A DNA stretch of 64,000 nucleotides from an uncultured Sphingomonas sp. (GTDB lineage: Bacteria; Pseudomonadota; Alphaproteobacteria; Sphingomonadales; Sphingomonadaceae), in contig NZ_CAJYVU010000046.1 of the NCBI RefSeq assembly GCF_913778135.1, positions 3,928-67,927 of the forward strand, in the 5' to 3' direction. The notes below the pieces were generated by a model. It had not been told where the DNA came from. It worked only from the letters and a program-made list of their open reading frames with translations, and made no database searches. Positions 21,270 through 29,322 of the stretch are shown here, piece after piece. Numbering within the stretch: position 1 is the stretch's first letter; each line of letters starts with the position of its first letter. The position numbers and the translations under genes are program-made.

Positions 21270-21764
21270 ATGGCAAAGCGTCGCCACGTCTTTATCAGCC
21301 ACCACCATGCCGACGACGCCCACGTCAGCGGCCTGACCGACATGCTCAAGCGCAACGGTCATGAGATCCGCAACAGCTCGATCCGCGCCAAGCCGGCCAA
21401 CCAGCGTCGCCTGGATGAGGGCCGCGTGAGCGACAATGCCATCAAACGACTGCTGCGGATGAAGATGAATTGGGCGTCCACGGTCGTAGTGCTGATCGGC
21501 AAGCAGACTCACGCGCGACCGTGGGTCGATTGGGAGATCAGGAAGGCGCACGAGCTGGGGAAGCGGATCGTCGGTGTCTACGAGCGCGGCGGGCGCGAGA
21601 ACGACATTCCGGATGCGTTCAAGAAGTACGGTGACGCCCTCGTCGGCTGGAACTCCGACAATGTGATCGGTGCGATAGACGGCACGTGCTCCCCCTTCGA
21701 ACGACCAGATGGCGGATCGCGCGCCACCTCTGGTGACGGCGCGCGGAGCAGCTGCGCCGCCTAA
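21270..21764 (+). CDS. ThsB-like TIR protein (DUF1863 type)
   Basis: RHVFISHHHADD, STVVVLIG, RPWVDWEIRKA, IVGV. Confidence 0.88.
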   Translation: MAKRRHVFISHHHADDAHVSGLTDMLKRNGHEIRNSSIRAKPANQRRLDEGRVSDNAIKRLLRMKMNWASTVVVLIGKQTHARPWVDWEIRKAHELGKRIVGVYERGGRENDIPDAFKKYGDALVGWNSDNVIGAIDGTCSPFERPDGGSRATSGDGARSSCAA

Positions 21765-22414
21765 TGCCGCACGTCCACGTCTACGCTGTCAGCTACGACC
21801 TAGGCTTCGCGCCGAACCCGTTCGGCGGCGTGTGCAGTCTGGCCTGCTGCAAGCCGGAGATCAGGAGGACCGCGCAACTCGACGACTGGGTCGTCGGATT
21901 GACCAGCACCAAGCTCCCACCAGCGCTGCGGCTCGTGTTCGCAATGAGGGTCTCTAGGATCAGCGACTTCGACGAATACTGGAGTTCGGCGGAGTTCGCC
22001 GGTCGAAAGGCGGCCCGCAACGGTTCGCAGAAGGCGCAGGTGGGCGACAACATTTACCATCGCGACAGACCCGAAACCGACTGGATCCAGGAAGATTCAG
22101 TGCACAGCCTTCCCGGCGGCCTGCAATGCGATCTTAATCGAGATCACGACACGCGCGTGAACCGGATCCTGCTGTCCGACCACTTCCTCTACCTCGGTGA
22201 TCAAGCGCGCGCCGTCCCGAATGAGATACTCGTCGAGCTAAAGTATTGGAAGAATCCGCGTGATCGCCGCAAATTCACGATGGAAGAGGCGGCGGACCTA
22301 ATTGGGTGGATCGAAGGGCTGAAGGCCGCCGCGGCAGCATCCGTCGTCGGCGATCCCATCGACTTCGACAAAACCGGCAAGACGTTCTCCTACGTCGGGC
22401 AGAAGATGATTTGA
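21764..22414 (+). CDS. Nucleotide modification associated domain 2 (Nmad2)-like protein
   Basis: YDLGFAPNPFGGVCSLACCKP.IR, LVFAMRV, GDNIYH, LLSDHFLY; TAATG overlap with TIR stop. Confidence 0.75.
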   Translation: MPHVHVYAVSYDLGFAPNPFGGVCSLACCKPEIRRTAQLDDWVVGLTSTKLPPALRLVFAMRVSRISDFDEYWSSAEFAGRKAARNGSQKAQVGDNIYHRDRPETDWIQEDSVHSLPGGLQCDLNRDHDTRVNRILLSDHFLYLGDQARAVPNEILVELKYWKNPRDRRKFTMEEAADLIGWIEGLKAAAAASVVGDPIDFDKTGKTFSYVGQKMI

Positions 22415-22504
22415 CGGCGATGGTTCACCCCGCAGCGGCCCGGCCGTTCGGTCGATTCCGGATGTCACGCGGCGATTCAATAGCATCAAACATTGTGGGC
22501 TGAC

Positions 22505-24103
22505 GTGACCTCATACCGCAACATCAGCGTGGCGACGGTGAATATCGTTGGGGAGCTGCTGAGCACGGGATCAACGATCTCGGTCCGCGGCTTGCAAACC
22601 CGCGAGGTCCTCGCCCGCCATACGCGACTGGAGCGTCCGCTGGAGCGCTACCTCTTCGTGCCGGAACGCAACGACGACGTCTTCGCGCAGGTCGCAGAAA
22701 CCATGTGGGTGCTCGCCGGCCGGGATGACGTCGCCTGGCTGGAGCGATACCTCCCAAGGGCGCGCGAGTTCTCGGATAATGGCGAGACCTGGCGCGCAGC
22801 ATACGGGCCGCGCCTGCGTAACTGGAACGGACGCGACCAGATTGCCGAGACGGTGCGGCTGCTGACCGAAGACCCGACCAGCCGCCGCGCGGTGATGTCG
22901 CTCTTCGATCCCGACCGCGACTTCATCGAGTCGAAGGACGTTCCGTGCACCAATTGGCTGGGATGGATCATCCGCGATAAGCGGCTCGAAATGAGCGTCA
23001 CGCTGCGCAGCAACGACGTGATATGGGGCTTCTCCGGCGTCAACTCGTTCGAGTGGAGCATCCTGCAGGAGATGCTCGCGTTCTGGCTCGGCGTGGAGGT
23101 CGGCCCCGCGAACTACTTCGCCATGTCGCTGCACCTGTACGACCGGCACGTCGATCGCGCGGGCAGGATTGTGCAGGCGGCGCGACGGCCGTCGCCGTAT
23201 GACTTCAGAATCAAACGGCATCCGTTCGCAACCCCTTGGGTGGATTTTGACGCCAAGCTCGCGCGCTGGTTTGCTCTGGAGCAGGCCGTCTCCACGAATC
23301 CTGGACAGCCGATCGGCAGCTTCGGCTCCGTGGGAGACCCGCTGCTCGATGCCGCACTCACGCTCGTCCACCTGAGGTGGGCCTCGGAGGTCTGGGACGA
23401 CCGGCGACTGGTCCGGGAACTCGGCCAATTACCGGCCGCCGATCACGTCGTGGCCGCCTACCGTCACCTCGGCCGGCGCCGGCCCGATGTCCTTGAGTGC
23501 ATCCCGCAAGAGGAGGTAGCGGCATTCTTCTCCGCGGCCGGAACGGCGGCAGAAATTTCCGACGAGGACGTGAGGGGCGCCATTAAGCGTCTGCACGCGG
23601 AGAAGAACAGAGCCTATGCCGGGGCATGGAAGCGGCGGGGCGAGCTGGTCAGCATTCAACCCAACATCGCCCGCAAGGTCGATCGGCTGGAGACGTTGGT
23701 CGCCACCAGAACGCTCATGGCGGGCGAGACGGCGCTCGACACCGCGATAGACCTCCTTATCTACGCGGAGAAATACCGGCTTTTCTTGGCCGAGGGGATG
23801 ACGCCGGGCACATTGATCCCAACGGACGCTCTGGAGCCGTTAAGCGACCACGACGCCAACCTTGATCTGCTCATCGACCGCTTGGGTCTGACGCCGAGCG
23901 GGCGCGAGGTTGAAATCATCGTACGGGAAATCGTCGAGGCATTCGATCATAGCTGGCGGAGAGCGGAGAGCGGCGCCTTGCCCGAGGACCGTTTCGAGAC
24001 CGCTACCCTCGTGTCCACACTTGCCGGCGAACTTGTGGCACTGCTGGCTGGGCGCGACAGAGAGGCGGTCGCCCGGTTCCTTCGACACGAAGCTCGGAAA
24101 TGA
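22505..24103 (+). CDS. Thymidylate-synthase-superfamily enzyme (dUMP hydroxymethylase-like) fused to DUF1599/Nmad1-like domain
   Basis: DPTSRRAV, DVPCTN (catalytic Cys), LRSNDVIWGFSGVN, SLHLY; C-terminal EKNRAYAGAW...NIARKVDRL...DTAIDLLIYA; start 22493 or 22505. Confidence 0.8.
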   Translation: MTSYRNISVATVNIVGELLSTGSTISVRGLQTREVLARHTRLERPLERYLFVPERNDDVFAQVAETMWVLAGRDDVAWLERYLPRAREFSDNGETWRAAYGPRLRNWNGRDQIAETVRLLTEDPTSRRAVMSLFDPDRDFIESKDVPCTNWLGWIIRDKRLEMSVTLRSNDVIWGFSGVNSFEWSILQEMLAFWLGVEVGPANYFAMSLHLYDRHVDRAGRIVQAARRPSPYDFRIKRHPFATPWVDFDAKLARWFALEQAVSTNPGQPIGSFGSVGDPLLDAALTLVHLRWASEVWDDRRLVRELGQLPAADHVVAAYRHLGRRRPDVLECIPQEEVAAFFSAAGTAAEISDEDVRGAIKRLHAEKNRAYAGAWKRRGELVSIQPNIARKVDRLETLVATRTLMAGETALDTAIDLLIYAEKYRLFLAEGMTPGTLIPTDALEPLSDHDANLDLLIDRLGLTPSGREVEIIVREIVEAFDHSWRRAESGALPEDRFETATLVSTLAGELVALLAGRDREAVARFLRHEARK

Positions 24104-25050
24104 CGCCCAACATCACGACCGACCTCCGGATCCGCCTCGTGCAGACCCTCGCTAAGCGCAATCCGGGCGCCCGCGTTGCGATAGTCGGCTGGTCGACGGC
24201 GGCCATCGAACTCGCTGCCGATCCGATCTTCGCGGAGGGGGCCGCGACGCTCATCGGGCGATATGCAGCGCAAACGGGCGGCTCCATCCTGCCCCTCTCT
24301 GAACTTGCGTCCGCGATCCCAGACGTCGTCGTCGTCGCGGAGGACGACGGCAAAGAGCCCCTCCTCAAGGCGGTAGCGAGGCTGGTTCCCGCGACCACAA
24401 CCATCGTTATCGCCGGCTTCGGTCACTTCGCCTTTCGTGACGAGCTGTTCGACCGCGTCCGGCGCGACGCTCTCATCCCCTCTTTCGCAAACGGGTATCC
24501 CAATTGCCTTGTGCACATTTACCAGTGTCTGAGGAACGCCCGCGCGCGAGGCCTGACCGGCGTTGTGGCGGAGTTCGGCATGTTCAAGGGCGGCACCACC
24601 ATGCTCATGTCCCGCTTCATCGAGGAACTCGGCGCCGACTGGAAGGTGATTGGCTTCGATACGTTCGATGGCTTTCCGTCGAAGCGCAGCCCACTGGACA
24701 TGTACGCTCATCCTGACTGCGTATTTCTCGACGTGGGCACCCTGCGCGCCATGTTCGCAGGCCGCGACGTCGAGATCGTCGAGGGAGACGTAGTGGAGAC
24801 ATGCGCGCGTCTCAATGACGAGCGGCTCGTGCTCTCTTTTGTGGACACGGACAATTACACGTCGGCCAATGCGATCCTGGCAGTCATAGCGGATCGCACT
24901 CAGGTGGGTGGCGCCATCGTGTTTGATCATTGGACAGGCGTCGATCGGTACCTCGACACCATTGGCGAGCGGATAGCGGCGATGACTCTGGCCGCGGATC
25001 GACGCTACTTCAACCTGCACGGCACCGGTGTATTTCTGAGGCAGGAATGA
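24100..25050 (+). CDS. TylF/MycF-family O-methyltransferase with N-terminal Rossmann-like domain
   Basis: VAEFGMFKGG, GFDTFDGFP, VEGDVVET, FVDTDNY, GGAIVFDHW. Confidence 0.82.
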   Translation: MTPNITTDLRIRLVQTLAKRNPGARVAIVGWSTAAIELAADPIFAEGAATLIGRYAAQTGGSILPLSELASAIPDVVVVAEDDGKEPLLKAVARLVPATTTIVIAGFGHFAFRDELFDRVRRDALIPSFANGYPNCLVHIYQCLRNARARGLTGVVAEFGMFKGGTTMLMSRFIEELGADWKVIGFDTFDGFPSKRSPLDMYAHPDCVFLDVGTLRAMFAGRDVEIVEGDVVETCARLNDERLVLSFVDTDNYTSANAILAVIADRTQVGGAIVFDHWTGVDRYLDTIGERIAAMTLAADRRYFNLHGTGVFLRQE

Positions 25051-26159
25051 GCGCAACCGGCAGCCATTTCGTGCGGCGCGTACCGCCGATGCCACGCGCC
25101 GGCGTCTACGACCTGTACTGGCAGTTCGCATCAAAGCGCCAAGCGGCGTTCGAGGCCCGGCTTGCGGGCAGCTGCTGGCCTTGGTCGCCCGACCCGATTC
25201 TGCAGACCTTCAAGTTCTGCAATGTTTATCGTGCAGCCGACCGCGTGTCACAATACCTCATTCGGCACGTGGCCTACGACAACCATCCGGAAACGACGCC
25301 TAGAGACCGCGTTTTCCAGATCACGGCCTTCCGCACGTTCAGCAAGATCGCGACGTGGGAGGGGGTAGTCGATGAGCTGGGCGGTCCACCGATGCTAGAG
25401 CACCTCCGCTCCGGCGCATTTGAGACGGCGCTTGACCAGGTCAGGGCGCGCAACGGCGGTCTCTATACAGGTGCCTTCATCCTATGCGCCAACAAGGCCT
25501 TCGGCTTCCAGGAAAAGCACCGAAATCACATTGCGTTGTTCAAGCACATGTTCCTAGAGAGCATGTGCGCTGAACGGGTCCTACAGTTGCCTTCCCTACG
25601 CGGCGTTGTGGAGCTGCTGCAGAGCTTCCCGCTGCTCGGGCCCTTTATGGCGTACCAGACCGCCATCGACATCAACTACTCTGAACTGACGGCATTTAGC
25701 GAGAACGACCACACCCAGGCCGGCCCTGGCGCGCTCCGCGGCTTAAAGAAGGCCTTTATCCACCTGGGTGACCATTCGCCGTCCGACGCAATTCTGTGGA
25801 TGGTCGACAACCAGGAAGCTGAATTCGCACGCTTGGACCTACCGTTCCAAGGGTTGTTCGGTCGGCCTCTGCACGCGATCGACTGCCAAGGTCTGTTCTG
25901 CGAACTCGACAAGTACTGCCGCGAGGCCGTGCCGGACCTGACCAGCGCGAGGAGCAGGATTAAGGCGCGGTATCGCGGGTCAAACGATGCTATCGATCTG
26001 TTCTTTCCGCCCAAGTGGAAATTGTTCACCACGGCCGGCATACCTGCGGCGCACATCAAAGTGCTCGGCAATCGATCGGTTATGCGGCCGAGGATAGCCA
26101 GAAGCCATAGCCGCGACGGCCGGGGAATGCGCGACCTCTTCGATACCGCGCGAGACTGA
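25047..26159 (+). CDS. 5-hmdU DNA kinase-like helical domain protein (aGPT-Pplase1 family)
   Basis: PWSPDPILQTFKFCNVYRAADRVSQYL, FRTFSKIATW, AYQTAID, GPGALRGL, FCELDKY. Confidence 0.8.
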   Translation: MSATGSHFVRRVPPMPRAGVYDLYWQFASKRQAAFEARLAGSCWPWSPDPILQTFKFCNVYRAADRVSQYLIRHVAYDNHPETTPRDRVFQITAFRTFSKIATWEGVVDELGGPPMLEHLRSGAFETALDQVRARNGGLYTGAFILCANKAFGFQEKHRNHIALFKHMFLESMCAERVLQLPSLRGVVELLQSFPLLGPFMAYQTAIDINYSELTAFSENDHTQAGPGALRGLKKAFIHLGDHSPSDAILWMVDNQEAEFARLDLPFQGLFGRPLHAIDCQGLFCELDKYCREAVPDLTSARSRIKARYRGSNDAIDLFFPPKWKLFTTAGIPAAHIKVLGNRSVMRPRIARSHSRDGRGMRDLFDTARD

Positions 26160-26408
26160 GCCGGATGCGGGTGCTCGCCAAATGAACGAATGAGTGTTTG
26201 CAGCGGGCGCCACGTTAAAGCGGACACGCCGATTTCCACCAATCCAAGCAGTTAACGTTTCGTCAAATAACTACCAAAATGATCGCATCGTTGCACATTT
26301 GATTGGTTAGAAGGACAACACCGTCATTCTGATGAGCTATTCATTTTCACACCAGCCCGTTTGCTTAATGGCAGACCCATTATCTGCCTCAGATACTTTC
26401 TTAAAATG

Positions 26409-26663
26409 CTAGGTGGACGGCGTTAAACCACATCGATTTAAAGCTGCAAGCTCCTTCTTGGTCATACGTCTGCCAACTATCCTACTGCTGGTAAACTGCC
26501 CAACCCTGCGCTCTGCCATGATTTCTGCCACAACCTCTCTCGCCGTTTTTCTGTTCACGACATGGATCGTCTTTTTGCGGCCGGGATCTGCCAAGATCCG
26601 CTTGAGCTTCTCACTCAGACGCACCTCCACCTGGACCGGGTAGATTTTCGCTGCGGGAAGCAC
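26409..26663 (-). CDS. Small basic hypothetical protein
   Basis: Last ORF of a co-oriented run; no recognised motif; start uncertain. Confidence 0.4.
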   Translation of the reverse strand: MLPAAKIYPVQVEVRLSEKLKRILADPGRKKTIHVVNRKTAREVVAEIMAERRVGQFTSSRIVGRRMTKKELAALNRCGLTPST

Positions 26664-26692
26664 GCGAGCAGATGCTTAATAGATGCCTGCTG

Positions 26693-27367
26693 TTATTCAC
26701 CAGCGGCATCCCGACGAGCCGCTTCAAACTCAAGAAGGGAGACTTCGATTAGAGAAATCTGTTCAAGTGGGTAGTAACGTTCAGCACCCTCAACACAGGA
26801 GATTTCAACGAAGTTGATCTTGTCATCGTCTTCGAGTTCGAGGAGCGCAATGAGGTTAGTTCGATTGGCTTCGTAACTGATCGAGGTACCGTTCCGAAAA
26901 TGGATCGTCGTGTGACGTAGATACTTAACGAGCTCCTCCTGTCGGTCTGTGAATCCTGCAGTATCGATTATTGACGCAACTTCGGCGCGTGCACTCAGCG
27001 TGTTAGATACTTCAAACTCCGGATCACCTTCTGCCCACAATGACATGAGCCTGTAAGTTTCTATGGGTAGGCCAGCATAGTCGTTAAAGGGTCCATCGCA
27101 TGGGTGGTCGCCTTTAGGCCAATAATCTCCATCATCGAGCAGCGAGATCATCGGCATCTGAAGCAGGTCGACAATAAGCAGCCGGTTATTCAGAGTTTCG
27201 ATGATGGAGATGCCACCAATCGAGGAGCGCAGCCGCCTGCGTACCTGCAGCTCCGTTTCTTCTGAGATCGGAAACCAAGCGGAACGTTGCCGCCTAGGAC
27301 CGCGTAAGCCGAGATGGCCAGAGAAGCCCGCCCCGAGACCTTCACGAGTTGTCCTTCCTACTTTCAT
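26693..27367 (-). CDS. Hypothetical protein
   Basis: 224 aa ORF with ATGA overlap to the upstream ORF. Confidence 0.6.
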   Translation of the reverse strand: MKVGRTTREGLGAGFSGHLGLRGPRRQRSAWFPISEETELQVRRRLRSSIGGISIIETLNNRLLIVDLLQMPMISLLDDGDYWPKGDHPCDGPFNDYAGLPIETYRLMSLWAEGDPEFEVSNTLSARAEVASIIDTAGFTDRQEELVKYLRHTTIHFRNGTSISYEANRTNLIALLELEDDDKINFVEISCVEGAERYYPLEQISLIEVSLLEFEAARRDAAGE

Positions 27368-27930
27368 AGGACCTCGCAGATGAAGAGCGCACCAGGCAAA
27401 GCACGCTTCAGAGTCTCGGCATAGCGAACTGCATCAAACCGGTATGAAAACCCATCGGACGTCGCAGCAGATACGGCAGTCGCATCGCCAGCTGCGATCA
27501 GCTTCTTCTCCGTAGAAAACACCATAAAGGCAGCCTCACCGCGCTCCGCGATGCTCATTTCCCGCTCGAACCATCGTTTGCGCGCTGGCTCCGTCATGGC
27601 TGCGAACGATTGCTTGAACGCAGCCATCTTCTCCCCAGCCCCTTCTACACGCCAGCTGGTCAAGTCGCATGACAAGTGCCCGAGCGCCGCGTAGACAAAC
27701 CTTCCCAAAGCAGGAGTCACAATTCCTACGGGAATCCTCGCCTGAACAGCGTCTGCGAGAGCCATAAGACCGATACCCGCAGCCACATCAGTTTGAAGCG
27801 AGCTATTTGGTACGGCGCAACGATACGCGTGATGAAGGTTTTCGCCACGCACTCTCGACAAATCAACCAAAGTCCTTAATTGCCCGTGCGGGATATTATA
27901 TTGGCTAATTTTAGCCTTTAAAGATTCCAT
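27364..27930 (-). CDS. Hypothetical protein
   Basis: GGAG RBS before ATG 27930; coupled to the next ORF. Confidence 0.6.
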   Translation of the reverse strand: MESLKAKISQYNIPHGQLRTLVDLSRVRGENLHHAYRCAVPNSSLQTDVAAGIGLMALADAVQARIPVGIVTPALGRFVYAALGHLSCDLTSWRVEGAGEKMAAFKQSFAAMTEPARKRWFEREMSIAERGEAAFMVFSTEKKLIAAGDATAVSAATSDGFSYRFDAVRYAETLKRALPGALFICEVL

Positions 27931-27970
27931 CCATACACTCCTTCCAAAACACCTTTGCACCTGGTGCGGT

Positions 27971-28174
27971 TTACTCCGCCAACACGGCGATCAGCTGACA
28001 CCTCGGCGCACTCACAAGCGCCTCCGAAGCGATAAGAGACCCGCCAATCTCCAGATCCTTCACGCGCAGACAGCGCGAGCGAGCCATTTCCAACGAAAGC
28101 TCATCCAAGCTTCGCGCGGCAGCCTCCGCCACAATCGGCTGAGAAGACCCAATCAACGATATTGATACCCTCAA
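27971..28174 (-). CDS. Small hypothetical protein
   Basis: 67 aa, GGAG 7 nt upstream of the GTG start; first gene divergent from tnsA. Confidence 0.5.
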   Translation of the reverse strand: MRVSISLIGSSQPIVAEAAARSLDELSLEMARSRCLRVKDLEIGGSLIASEALVSAPRCQLIAVLAE

Positions 28175-28330
28175 GCTTCACTCCTTAACTTCCTAGCACA
28201 ATCACTCTAGCAGCAGAGCGTCTTTGAAATAGATAACGCATCCCGGCCTTGTCAACGCGTTACTTGTGTTTAGTTTGCGCAGGTGACCCTGTTAAGGTTA
28301 ACGGAGCAAGTGTTATTATGGATTGTCTAC

Positions 28331-28388
28331 GTGTTAGTCTGACTTAACACTACCTCCGCTTTTTTGTACTTGAGTGTTAGTGTCTGAC
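28331..28388. promoter_or_regulatory. Palindrome and direct repeat upstream of tnsA
   Basis: GTGTTA-GTCTGACT-TAACAC (28331-28350); GTGTTAG(TG)TCTGAC repeated at 28331 and 28374. Confidence 0.45.
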
Positions 28389-28404
28389 GCACGAGAATCG
28401 ACGT

Positions 28405-29244
28405 ATGCAGACAGCTCCCACCATCGACCTACGCCGAGCAGGCGGTGCGTTCACAAAATCCGATTCGCCGGTCTTTGATGCGACTTCCAAACAATCGCTC
28501 CAGTCGGCGACTGCAGCAGCTCGTGATTTTAGTGGGCTGGCTGTTGAGCGGATTGTGATCGTCCGCGCACCCGACCGGGACCAGTTGCGGGGCCAGATTA
28601 CCGGTACGAAGACGGTTCGTACGCTGAGCTATCCCTCACGGAAAACGCAGCGCGCGCGCTTTGCTGAAGGAGCCGCCGAGTTCGAGCGGATCGAGGCTGA
28701 AGAGGTTGAAGTCGCGGTTGTCGACGGCGTTGCGCAGCCGATGCGCATCGAAGCGCTAGTTCATACCCCCGCGGGTCCGAATTGGCTTTCCCATATTCCC
28801 GATTTCGCGACGCTTTACGCGAATGGAGAGCGTGCACTTGTCGACGCCAAGCGCGTGTGGAGTGATTTTCGGAAGCCGCTCGGTTACAAACAGACATTCC
28901 TTGGGCAGCTCGCCGCCGACATGATGGGGTACCGCTACGAGCGAATTATCCTCGGGAGCGCTGGTAGCGACGTGCGCCGTCGCAACATCAATGAGGTGCA
29001 GGCAGCACGCTTCGTGCACGTTCCCGATCACCTCGCGGCACGGGCCGCACTAATCCTCAAAGCCGGCGGCATTTCACTTGGCCACTTGAGTGACCTTCTT
29101 CACCCCGCAAACGGCCGCGCGATGGTTTTCGCGCTCATGGTTCGCCGCTTGGTAGAGATCGATCTGGATCGCCCCTTAGGGGTCAACAGTGAATGTCGTG
29201 CAGTGCCCGCCCTGCCCTCCGCAATGCCAAGCATCCGTCACTAG
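28405..29244 (+). CDS. tnsA: TnsA-like PD-(D/E)XK endonuclease
   Basis: SRK...AQP.RI...HIPDF...ALVDAK; first gene of the tns operon. Confidence 0.75.
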   Translation: MQTAPTIDLRRAGGAFTKSDSPVFDATSKQSLQSATAAARDFSGLAVERIVIVRAPDRDQLRGQITGTKTVRTLSYPSRKTQRARFAEGAAEFERIEAEEVEVAVVDGVAQPMRIEALVHTPAGPNWLSHIPDFATLYANGERALVDAKRVWSDFRKPLGYKQTFLGQLAADMMGYRYERIILGSAGSDVRRRNINEVQAARFVHVPDHLAARAALILKAGGISLGHLSDLLHPANGRAMVFALMVRRLVEIDLDRPLGVNSECRAVPALPSAMPSIRH

Positions 29245-29322
29245 GACGCGGTTCGCCACCACAAAGGACGAACAGCAAGTCCGGTTTCTCGCTTTGATAT
29301 TACAGACATCGGGACATCTTGA

